A DNA stretch of 64,000 bases from Eledone cirrhosa (taxonomy: Eukaryota). The stretch is from contig OZ024764.1 of the NCBI GenBank assembly GCA_964016885.1, forward strand, positions 5,890,001-5,954,000, in the 5' to 3' direction. This document shows, piece by piece, positions 1 to 11,135 of this stretch. Positions within the stretch are counted from its first letter, which is position 1, and each line of letters begins with the position of its first letter. The notes under the pieces were generated by a model, which saw only the letters and a program-made list of their open reading frames with translations, was not told the origin of the DNA and did not search any database. The position numbers and the translations under genes are program-made.

Positions 1-296
1 GTCCAGGGGAAGTCTTGTACTCAAGACAGACTTGAACCTATGATGGACTGGTGTCCTGTCCAGGGGGAAGTCTTGTACTCTGTCACATCCCACCACAGAG
101 TCCCCACCACTGATGAGTCCCCAGGTTCAAAACAGACTTCAGACTCTTTAGACCTAGGGTGTGTAACATATTCTAATGGCAGGCCAGTTTTGAACATTGG
201 AACAGCTATTAGGGCCATTAATATTTATTAAGCACTATTCAAAAGATTTACCACAACTTCTTTCCATAACATGGAACTGGGAAACTAAAAAACACA

Positions 297-2925
297 TAAC
301 CCTATCAGTGAAGTCCTTTAGTATAGGTCAACTGGGAAATTATAACGCATAGCCCTATCAGTGAAGTCCTTTAGTATAGGTCAACTGGGGAATTATAACA
401 CAACCCTATCAGTGAAGCCCTTTAGTATAGGTCAACTGGGGAATTATAACACAACCCTATCAGTGAAGCCCTTTAGTATAGGTCAACTGGGAAATTATAA
501 CACAACCCTATCAGTGAAGTCCTTTAGTATAGGTCAACTGGGGAATTATAACACAACCCTATCAGTGAAGCCCTTTAGTATAGGTCAACTGGGGAATTAT
601 AACACATATAACCCTATCAGTGAAGTCCTTTAGTATAGGTCAACTGGGAAATTATAACATATAACCCTATCAGCGAAGCCCTTTAGTATAGGTCAACTGG
701 GAAATTATAACACACAACCCTATCAGTGAAGCCCTTTAGTATAGGTCAACTGGGGGATTATAACACATAACCCTATCAGTGAAGCCCTTTAGTATAGGTC
801 AACTGGGAAATTATAACACACAACCCTATCAGTGAAGTCCTTTAGTATAGGTCAACTTGGAAATTATAACACATATAACCCTATCAGTGAAGTCCTTTAG
901 TATAGGTCAACTGGGAAACTATAACACATATAACTCTATCAGTGAAGTCCTTTAGTATAGGTCAACTGGGAAATTATAACATATAACCCTATCAGTGAAG
1001 CCCTTTAGTATAGGTCAACTGGGAAATTATAACACATATAACTCTACCAGTGAAGCCCTTTAGTATATGTCAACTGGGGAATTATAACATATAACCCTAT
1101 CAGTGAAGCCCTTTAGTATAGGTCAACTGGGGAATTATAACACACATAACCCTATCAGTGAAGCCCTTTAGTATAGGTCAACTGGGAAATTATAACACAC
1201 AACCCTATCAGTGAAGCCCTTTAGTATAGGTCAACTGGGGAATTATAACATATAACCCTATCAGTGAAACCCTTTAGTATAGGTCAACTGGGAAATTATA
1301 ACACATATAACTCTACCAGTGAAGCCCTTTAGTATAGGTCAACTGGGAAATTATAACATATAACCCTATCAGTGAAGTCCTTTAGTATAGGTCAACTGGG
1401 AAACTATAACACATATAACTCTATCAGTGAAGTCCTTTAGTATAGGTCAACTGGGAAATTATAACATATAACCCTATCAGTGAAGCCCTTTAGTATAGGT
1501 CAACTGGGAAATTATAACACATATAACTCTACCAGTGAAGCCCTTTAGTATATGTCAACTGGGGAATTATAACATATAACCCTATCAGTGAAGCCCTTTA
1601 GTATAGGTCAACTGGGGAATTATAACACACATAACCCTATCAGTGAAGCCCTTTAGTATAGGTCAACTGGGAAATTATAACACACAACCCTATCAGTGAA
1701 GCCCTTTAGTATAGGTCAACTGGGGAATTATAACACATAACCCTATCAGTGAAGCCCTTTAGTATAGGTCAACTGGGAAATTATAACACACAACCCTATC
1801 AGTGAAGTCCTTTAGTATAGGTCAACTTAGAAATTATAACACATATAACCCTATCAGTGAAGTCCTTTAGTATAGGTCAACTGGGAAACTATAACACATA
1901 TAACTCTATCAGTGAAGTCCTTTAGTATAGGTCAACTGGGAAATTATAACATATAACCCTATCAGTGAAGCCCTTTAGTATAGGTCAACTGGGAAATGAT
2001 AACACATATAACTCTACCAGTGAAGCCCTTTAGTATAGGTCAACTGGGGAATTATAACATATAACCCTATCAGTGAAGCCCTTTAGTATAGGTCAACTGG
2101 GAAATTATAACATATAACTCTACCAGTGAAGCCCTTTAGTATAGGTCAACTGGGAAATTATAACACATATAACTCTACCAGTGAAGCCCTTTAGTATAGG
2201 TCAACTGGGAAATTATAACACACATAACCCTATCAGTGAAGACCTTTAGTATAGGTCAACTGGGGAATTATAACACACATATAACCCTATCAGTGAAGCC
2301 CTTTAGTATAGGTCAACTGGGGAATTATAACACACATATAACCCTATCAGTGAAGCCCTTTAGTATAGGTCAACTGGGGAATTATAACACACATAACCCT
2401 ATCAGTGAAGCCCTTTAGTATAGGTCAACTGGGGAATTATAACACACATATAACCCTATCAGTGAAGCCCTTTAGTATAGGTCAACTGGGAGATTATAAC
2501 ACACATAACCCCATCAGTGAAGCCCTTTAGTATAGGTCAACTGGGGAATTATAACACACATATAACCCTATCAGTGAAGCCCTTTAGTATAGGTCAACTG
2601 GGGAATTATAACACACATAACCCTATCAGTGAAGCCCTTTAGTATAGGTCAACTGGGGAATTATAACACACATAACCCTATCAGTGAAGTCCTTTAGTAT
2701 AGGTCAACTGGGGAATTATAACACATAACCCTATCAGTGAAGCTCTTTAGTATAGGTCAACTGGGGAATTATAACACACATATAACCCTATCAGTGAAGA
2801 CCTTTAGTATAGGTCAACTGGGGAATTATAACACACATATAACCCTATCAGTGAAGACCTTTAGTATAGGTCAACTGGGGAATTATAACACACATAACCC
2901 CATCAGTGAAGCCCTTTAGTATGGG
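297..2925. repeat. Minisatellite, 48-54-bp unit, about 50 copies
   Basis: AACCCTATCAGTGAAGCCCTTTAGTATAGGTCAACTGGGAAATTATAACAC(AT). Confidence 0.95.
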
Positions 2926-3884
2926 TTAACTAATAGAAGTATTACAATTTACGAAAAAAATTGTAGATAAGTCTACAAGGTAAGAATTAAAAACAGTCAT
3001 AAGAGGCCACTCTAACAGATCTGGCAGGCCAGATTGTGGCCCGCTGGCCGCCTGTTGCACTGTGAGTGGAGTTAAATTGTAGCAGGTGGAGAAGTTCAAG
3101 TATCACGTGGTCGTTGGAACAATGGAGGCCAGGAGACTGAATTGAAGGAACTGGTGTAATAATGATTTCTGCTTTTTGCACAAGGCCAGCAATTACCCCA
3201 GTGTATTACTGGTACTTTATTTTATCGACCCTGTAAGGATGAAAGGCAAAGTTAAGCTCGGCAGGTTTTCAACTCAGACCGTAAAGAGACGTAACTCTAT
3301 GCTGCAAAGCATGGCGTCTGACTCTCTACTGATATTGATGTAATAATTGTGGTTTCTGAATCTCCCCGAGAATTATCTGAAGGGTACATATGTCTGTGGA
3401 ATATTCAGCCAACTACACTGGACTGTAGAACCAGTTGTGTCATACTGAATCTCCCTGAGAACTATGTGAAGGGTACACATGTCTGTGGAATGCTCAGCCA
3501 CTTACACTATAATACAAGATGGACTGTACCTGGAATTCAAAAGGAGCAGCCTTGTCATACATTGTCGTGCTGAATCCCCCTGAGCAGGCTGATCAGGCAA
3601 CTGAACCATTCATCGTGGAAACCGACGGAGATCCATTCCATTTACTAGCCATAATAATACATCAGTCATCATTGGCTAAACGTCTGTTGATGGGAATACC
3701 GAACCATCAGATGTTACTCTCTAATAGACAGACATTCTAGACATTGGAAGAGTTATCTCCCATTCATCTTACATGAAATGATCCTAAGACTTATAAAATC
3801 CACACACACACGTGTATGTATATATGAACTTCCCCACACCTCCTACGTCCTAAAACCCCTTCCTCCACCAGATAAGTACCCCAC

Positions 3885-6140
3885 CCCACATTGTAAAGTG
3901 GTCATATAGGTGTCACAACAAAAATCACCGAGTCCACACTGTAAAGTGGTCATGTAGGTGTCATAACAAACAACAACCAGTCCACACTGTAAAGTGGTCA
4001 TGTAGGTGTCATAACAAAAAGTACCCAGTCTACACTGTAAAGTGGTCATGTAGGTGTCACAACAAACAGTACCCAGTCCACACTGTAAAGTGGTCATGTA
4101 GGTGTCACAACAAACAGTACCCAGTCCACATTGTAAAGTGGTCATGTAGGTGTCACAACAAACAGTACCCAGTCCACACTGTAAAGTGGTCATGTAGGTG
4201 TCACAACAAAAAGTACCCAGTCCACACTGTAAAGTGGTCATGTAGGTGTCACAACAAAAAGTACCCAGTCCACACTGTAAAGTGGTCATGTAGGTGTCAC
4301 AACAAACAGTACCCAGTCCACACTGTAAAGTGGTCATGTAGGTGTCACAACAAACAGTACCCAGTCCACACTGTAAAGTGGTCATGTAGGTGTCATAACA
4401 AAAAGCACCCAGTCCACACTGTAAAGTGGTCATGTAGGTGTCACAACAAACAGTACCCAGTCCACACTGTAAAGTGGTCATGTAGGTGTCACAACAAAAG
4501 TACTGTCCACACTGTAAAGCGGTCATGTAGGTGTCACAAAAAAAGTACCCAGTCCACACTGTAAAGTGGTCATGTAGGTGTCACAACAAACAGTACCCAG
4601 TCCACACTGTAAAGTGGTCATGTAGGTGTCACAACAAACAGTACCCAGTCCACACTGTAAAGTGGTCATGTAGGTGACACAACAAACAGTACCCAGTCCA
4701 CACTGTAAAGTGGTCATGTAGGTGTCACAACAACCAGCACCCAGTCCACACTGTAAAGTGGTCATGTAGCTGTCACAACAAACAGTACCCAGTCCACACT
4801 GTAAAGTGGTCATGTAGGTGTCACAACAAACAGTACCCAGTCCACACTGTAAAGTGGTCATGTAGGTGTCACAACAAACAGTACCCAGTCCACACTGTAA
4901 AGTGGTCATGTCGGTGTCATGACAAAAAGTACTCAGTCCACACTGTAAAGTGGTCATGTAGGTGTCACAACAAAAAGTACCCAGTCCACACTGTAAAGTG
5001 GTCATGTAGGTGTCACAACAAACAGTACCCAGTCCAAACTGTAAAGTGGTCATGTAGGTGTCACAACAAACAGTACCCAGTCCACACTGTAAAGTGGTCA
5101 TGTAAGTGTCATAACAAAAAGCACCCAGTCCACACTGTAAAGTGGTCATGTAGGTGTCACAACAAACAGTACCCAGTCCACACTGTAAAGTGGTCATGTA
5201 GGTGTCACAACAAAAAGTACTGTCCACACTGTAAAGCGGTCATGTAGGTGTCACAAAAAAAGTACCCAGTCCACACTGTAAAGTGGTCATGTAGGTGTCA
5301 CAACAAACAGTACCCAGTCCACACTGTAAAGTGGTCATGTAGGTGTCACAACAAACAGTACCCAGTCCACACTGTAAAGTGGTCATGTCGGTGTCATGAC
5401 AAAAAGTACCCAGTCCACACTGTAAAGTGGTCATGTAGGTGTCACAACAAACAGTACCCAGTCCACACTGTAAAGTGGTCATGTAGGTGTCACAACAAAC
5501 AGTACCCAGTCCACACTGTAAAGTGGTCATGTAGGTGTCACAACAAACAGTTCCCAGTCTACACTGTAAAGTGGTCATGTAGGTGTCATAACAAACAGTA
5601 CCCAGTCCACACTGTAAAGTGGTCATGTAGGTGTCACAACAAACAGTTCCCAGTCTACACTGTAAAGTGGTCATGTAGGTGTCATAACAAACAGTACCCA
5701 GTCCACACTGTAAAGTGGTCATGTAGGTGTCACAACAAACAGTACCCAGTCTACACTGTAAAGTGGTCAAGTAGGTGTCACAACAAACAGTACCCAGTCT
5801 ACACTGTAAAGTGGTCATGTAGGTGTCACAACAAACAGTACCCAGTCTACACTGTAAAGTGGTCATGTAGGTGTCATAACAAACAGTACCCAGTCCACAC
5901 TGTAAAGTGGTCATGTAGGTGTCACAACAAACAGTTCCCAGTCTACACTGTAAAGTGGTCATGTAGGTGTCATAACAAACAGTACCCAGTCCACACTGTA
6001 AAGTGGTCATGTAGGTGTCACAACAAACAGTACCCAGTCTACACTGTAAAGTGGTCAAGTAGGTGTCATAACAAACAGTACCCAGTCCACACTGTAAAGC
6101 GGTCATGTAGGTGTCACAATATAAAATACCCAGCCCATAC
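3885..6140. repeat. Minisatellite, 49-bp unit, about 46 copies, derived from a retroelement module
   Basis: CCCAGTCCACACTGTAAAGTGGTCATGTAGGTGTCACAACAAACAGTA. Confidence 0.95.
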
Positions 6141-6886
6141 TGTAATGACCATGCAGGGTTACAAACAATTTTCCCGAATATAAAACAAGTATTGAACGTC
6201 AGCTGGCAACAAGCTGGGAACATCAGTGGAGTCACTTGCTGTGTAGTTAGTTACTATGATGATATCTGTCTTTCACTTACTGTATTTCTTTCTCAACATT
6301 TCGTATGGGAAAAATAGTTTCTTTTTATGAACATTTCAGGAATGAATTAAGTTTGTGAACTGAAGTTCCACTGTGTGTGTGTGTGCATATATATCATCAT
6401 TTTTACGTCTGCTTTTCCCTGCCTGCAAGGGGGGGACGGGAACTGATTCTGGCTTGATTTCTACAGCTGGATGCCCTTCCTAACACCAACCTCATTTACA
6501 GTGAGTGCTGGGTGCTTTGCCGTGGCACCTGCACGACCACTTTACAGTGGAATGATAGGGACCCCAGTCCCTATCATCTCATTTCCACAGCTGAGTAAAC
6601 TGGAACAATGTGAAATAAAGTGTCTTGCTCAAGGAAACAACACATCACCCGGTCTGAGAATTGAACTCACAACCTTTCGATTGCAAGGCCAATACTCTAA
6701 CCACTAAGCCATGTGCCTCCATATACATATATATATATATATATCATTTCATTTTACGTCCACTTTTCCCTGCTTGCATATACATATATATATATGTATA
6801 TATATGTTGGAGGTGAGTTTTATTGTAGTACAATAAAGCAATGCAGATATCGGATAAGAAGCACTCTACAGTTTGTAGGACTGGAG

Positions 6887-7106
6887 TATACATAATATAT
6901 AAGATCAAAAGATGGTTAAAAGAGTTCCATGTATTTTATTATGCGCATTCAATTCGCAAGTGTTTTTTAACCTTCATATCATGTCTCCCTATTTTATCTG
7001 ATGAAAACACACATATTATTGCATGATGATATTTGTTTTTGAAATGCGCATAATAAAATACATGGAACTCTTTTAACCATCTTTTGATCTTATATATTAT
7101 ATGTAT
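6887..7106. mobile_element. Fold-back element, Penelope-like pseudo-LTR remnant (about 63-bp inverted arms around a hammerhead)
   Basis: 6887-6949 is the reverse complement of 7043-7106; adjacent to (TA)n. Confidence 0.7.
6990..7060 (+). ncRNA. Type I hammerhead ribozyme motif
   Basis: Stem I TATTTTAT/ATAAAATA; CTGATGA 6998-7004; long stem II; GAAA 7041-7044; palindromic stem III TGCGCA; predicted cut after AUA at 7052. Confidence 0.8.
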
Positions 7107-7530
7107 ATATATATATATATGATATATATATAACAGTCGATCAATAAGATCCCAAACGCCGTTAGCTTAACGGTTGGGGTGGAGCTCATCAAATCGGACC
7201 AAGGAAACAATGTTCCCATTAGTATTTCCAACTGCTAATAGTATCTACTGGCCACAAATCCAGGTAGAAGGAGCAATGTGAAATAAAGTGTTTTGCTGAA
7301 GGACATAACACATCACCCAGTGTCTGGGAATTGAACTGACAACCTCACGATTGTGAATCCAATTCTCTAACCACTCAGCCACTCACCTTCTTTCTATTTC
7401 TCCATTTTGTACTTCTGAAGAGCTTAAGCTTGACACACAGGGATTTCTTTCCTCTTTCCAATATAAAATGTGAAATTGATAAGACTTTGTATCTCTGTTA
7501 GTTATCTCCTTGAGCTATATATATATATAT

Positions 7531-7712
7531 ATAGGAACGAGTAGGACCCCGACGGCTAATTCTGGACTGAGTCCAGAATTAGCCGTCGAAACGGCTTGAG
7601 CTCAGCCGTCGGGGTCCTACTCGTTCCTATTACCTACACTACTACCCTAAGTATTGAGTACTTTGGTGCGTTATGGTCCACCTGGTTCCTTACCACATTT
7701 CCTTTGTTATAT
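7531..7712 (+). mobile_element. Fold-back repeat family (TAGCCGTCGAAACGGC...GCCGTCGGGGTCC); other copies near 11050-11105, 33830-34045, 53230-53340, 59098-59280, 63708-63850
   Basis: Six related copies, each next to (TA)n, several as tail-to-tail palindromes; each carries a hammerhead-like 3' half GAAACGGC...GCCGTC. Confidence 0.7.
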
Positions 7713-8004
7713 ATCATCATCATCATCGTTTAACGTCCATGTTCCACGCTTGCATGGGTTTGGACGGGAGTTTTCCCACATGAGGCAAGAGTGGTTGTCT
7801 TGCTCGCATAGGACTGTCTGGCGGGTTTTCTCCAGCTGGATGCCCTTCCTAACACCAACCACATTTACAGTGTGGGGCTGGGAGGTTTTTACCGTGTTGC
7901 CTACACGGCCACATTACAGCGTGGACTGTGTGTTTTTTGTCGTGACACCTACACGATCTCATTTATTTCGGCCTGGGTTATATATACAGACACACACACA
8001 TATA

Positions 8005-8322
8005 TCACCAGAACTGTGTGACAGCAAATTCAACATCTGATGTCTTTTTAGCCCTAACTATCCTGCTCTGAACCAGTGCTACAGTAAACCCAGAGTCCTG
8101 GTGTTTCTCCAGTGCAGGGCACATACAATAGTCCACTGTGATGATAAAAAAGTAGGGAGCCAATGTATCTCCCTGGAGCACTCCAGCCAGTATCTCAAAG
8201 AACTCCGTCATCCCATCAGGTGTAATGATTTGGGCTCTGATTGGGAGATGCATGGCAGCGATGGTGAAGGACAGAGATTGCTGGAGAGAACTCCTCCATG
8301 GATCTCGGGAATTTTATCCACC
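8005..8322 (-). mobile_element. Degenerate LINE reverse-transcriptase fragment (RTE/BovB-like)
   Basis: TPDGMTEFFEILAGVLQGDTLAPYFFIITVDY...DVEFA: RT QG motif region. Confidence 0.8.
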
Positions 8323-8605
8323 CTAGACAGATAGATACACACATATATAGTTCACACTTTATCATATGCCTTGGCTGGTAAGTAAACAACTTTATAAATT
8401 TTCTTTGCCCACGTATTCCTGGGAGGCTTGTAGGGACAGAGTCCTCAGCACACTTTCCTGTCAGAAGTAACTCTCTCCAAATAAATTGTTGTCAGAACTG
8501 GTGATGGGTTTGTGACCTGTGGGATAGATCTACAAAGGCTGTAGACCCCAAAGAGTGTCCAGAAGGGACCAAACCTTCACAATTGGTAACTGGAACTTTA
8601 CTTAA

Positions 8606-9062
8606 CCCATTACCATTTACATTACTCTATATATTCTATTGTATTGTCATGGTAAAGGCTTTACCTCACATAATATTTACATTATTCTAGATATACTATT
8701 GTATTTTCACAGTAAAGGCTTTACCTCACATAATATCTCATATAACATTTACATTACTCTATATATACTATTGTATTTTCACAGTAAAGGCTTTACCTCA
8801 CATAATATAAACTATTGAATTTACACAGTAAAGGCTTTACCTCACATAACATTTACATTACTCTATATATACTATTGTATTGTCACAGTAAAGGCTTTAT
8901 TTTACATAATTATCTCACATAATATCAAATCTCTGAGATCTTGATGTTACTTATTTTGAGAACAATACCTTAACATCAGTATGAGTGGCCTGTTACGGCT
9001 GGTTTGAACAGAAAGAGGTGAGGGAATTCTGGCCAGATATGGCTGGTTTAAATACTAAAGGG
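8606..9062. mobile_element. piggyBac-type MITE, same family, opposite orientation
   Basis: TTAA|CCCATTACCATTTA...TAAATACTAAAGGG|TTAA with 4-5 internal repeats. Confidence 0.85.
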
Positions 9063-9286
9063 TTAATATCTATACATCATGTCCATCTTTCTATGTTAGC
9101 ATGGGTTTGACACGTTGTCCAGATGGTCAGCTCGAGGTCTTCATCTATATAATCAATTTAACTCTGGTATTGATCTGCTGATCAAATACAAAGATCAGAA
9201 TTTAAACCGATGATGATGAAACATTTTCAAAGTAAAATAAAAAGACAAAGACAGCGATGGGGAAAATTTAATTAAAAAAAGATATC

Positions 9287-9292
9287 TTTATT
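9287..9292 (-). promoter_or_regulatory. Probable NUP88 polyadenylation signal AATAAA (3' UTR about 320 nt)
   Basis: AATAAA about 305 nt after the stop, followed by T- and GT-rich sequence. Confidence 0.6.
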
Positions 9293-9596
9293 GAAAATAT
9301 AACAATGAATTGTTTTTTGTTAACGAACAGGTGGTGGTGGTGGAGATAGAGTGATGTGGGTAGTGGTGGTGGTGATAGGGGGAGAGAGAATGGGAGAGGA
9401 GAGAAAAGAGGGAGAGGGGAATGTTGATGGCAGTGAGAGAGGGAGAAAGAATGTTGCAGGCAGTGAGAGAGGGGGAGAGAATGAGAAAAAGAAAGTTGAT
9501 GGCAGTGATAGGGCGAGTGAGAGAGAAAGAGAAAAGAAGAGGTCCAGCTCCCCACTCACTTCATAGCTAAACTCACACTCCAACTCAGCTGAGTGT

Positions 9597-9648
9597 CTAA
9601 AGCTTCAATTCCTTGACAGATTTCATTAAGCAATTAATTTCATCACTT
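9597..9648 (-). CDS. NUP88: NUP88 last coding exon: (Q)[16 protein letters not shown]
   Basis: tttctctctttgcag|A, phase 2 completes CAA; TAG at 9597-9599; length similar to the vertebrate last exon peptide. Confidence 0.85.
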
Positions 9649-11103
9649 CTGCAAAGAGAGAAATAGATATTTCAGTAAGAGGTTTAATGTTTAGAGTATT
9701 GTTATATATCTACGTCTCAATAGCACCAGAGTATAATTCACCATTGGCGGAGACCCCCCACCCCCCAAAAAAAGTATCAGTTATCAGTGAAAACAGTGAC
9801 CTAGCACACTATAACCTTATATCATCATCATCATCATCATCATCATTTTACGTCCATTTTTCCCTGCTTGCAAGGGTGGGACGGGGACTGATTCTGGCTG
9901 GATGCCCTTCTTAACACCAACCTCATTTACAGTGTGGGCTGGGTGCTTTTTTGCCGTGGCACCTCCACGTCCACTTTGCAGTGGAATGATAGAGACCCCA
10001 GTCCCTATCATCTCATTTCTACAGCTGAGTAAACTGGAGCAATGTGAAATAAAGTGTCTTGCTCAAGGAAACAACACATCCCCCGGTCTGAGAATTGAAC
10101 TCACAACCTTTCGATTGCAAGCCCAATGCTCTAACCACTAAGCCATGTGCCTCCTTATACAGTAAACCCCGCTATATTTTTCTTTGGAACGTATCTAACT
10201 TCCTATCGCAATAATCCCCGTTACATCGCGGATTTTTCTTTGGAAAGTATCTATTTTCTTATCGCAGTAAATCTGAATAAAAAGTGTTTAAATTTTAAAC
10301 ATATTAAATAAGTTTTGATGTGATTGAAGTGTATATCGTAAGGAAGGGACATCTTAAGGCTTTAACTGTAAAAAAATGTTTTTATTTTTCATTCCATTAC
10401 TGTTTTACTGATTGTGTTTTTCTCTAATCTACTACAAACCCTTCATAGATTGACAGATGTGCAGTGTATTACCAAGTGGCTACTGTAGCTGGCAATAGTC
10501 CTCATTGGTAACTAGTGGTATGATGGTTGGTGGTAGTTTCTATATGATTGTTACTGGCTGTTTTTGGTGTTTAAAAAGTGTGTTTTAATGAGTTTATATG
10601 TACTTAAAGCATGTAGGAGAGGTATTTTAAGGCTTAAACTATGAAAACAACGGTTGTCTTTAGGGTCTCTCTATATCGCGGTTGGTTCTGGAACATATCC
10701 TCCGCAATAAATAGGGGATTACTGTATATATATATATCAATCCCGGTTGGAGCTGTATAAATGAATTTATGGTCTTTAAGGGTAATATATGCTTTACGCT
10801 TAGCTAGGCTTTCAATCCGGTTGTCTATTTTTAAAGAACTAGCTAGTTCTTTAGCTTCTTTATTAATAGTATTGTAGGTATTATTATTAGTTAATTGATA
10901 TTTGTTGGTGATACTATTAGTTAAAAGTTGGTTATATAAAATACTATTAACTTCAAAGAGATTTTTAGTTTTATCAGAAAGAACAAAGGTGTTTGTAGAA
11001 TTTTTAATATTAGAAATATCGTTAGACAGTTTAGTTTGAAAATTCTGTCCACAATTAGCCGTCGAAACGGCTTGAGCTCAGCCGTCGGGGTCCTACTTGT
11101 TCC

Positions 11104-11135
<32 letters not shown>

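Noticed and set aside
110-135. CTGATGAGTCC...AAAAC hammerhead-like string
   Set aside because: GAAA core and stem II 3' strand are not intact and no stem I partner was found
297-2925. Regular short repeat array resembling CRISPR
   Set aside because: No unique spacers, units are head-to-tail with only (AC/AT) slippage, no cas genes, eukaryotic context
3843-6235. Cys-rich metallothionein-like ORFs ([16 protein letters not shown] repeats)
   Set aside because: Translation of a retroelement-derived minisatellite that is open on both strands
7410-7445. CTGAAGAGCTTAAGCTTGACAC hammerhead remnant
   Set aside because: GAAAC mutated to GACAC and stem III absent; counted only as decayed
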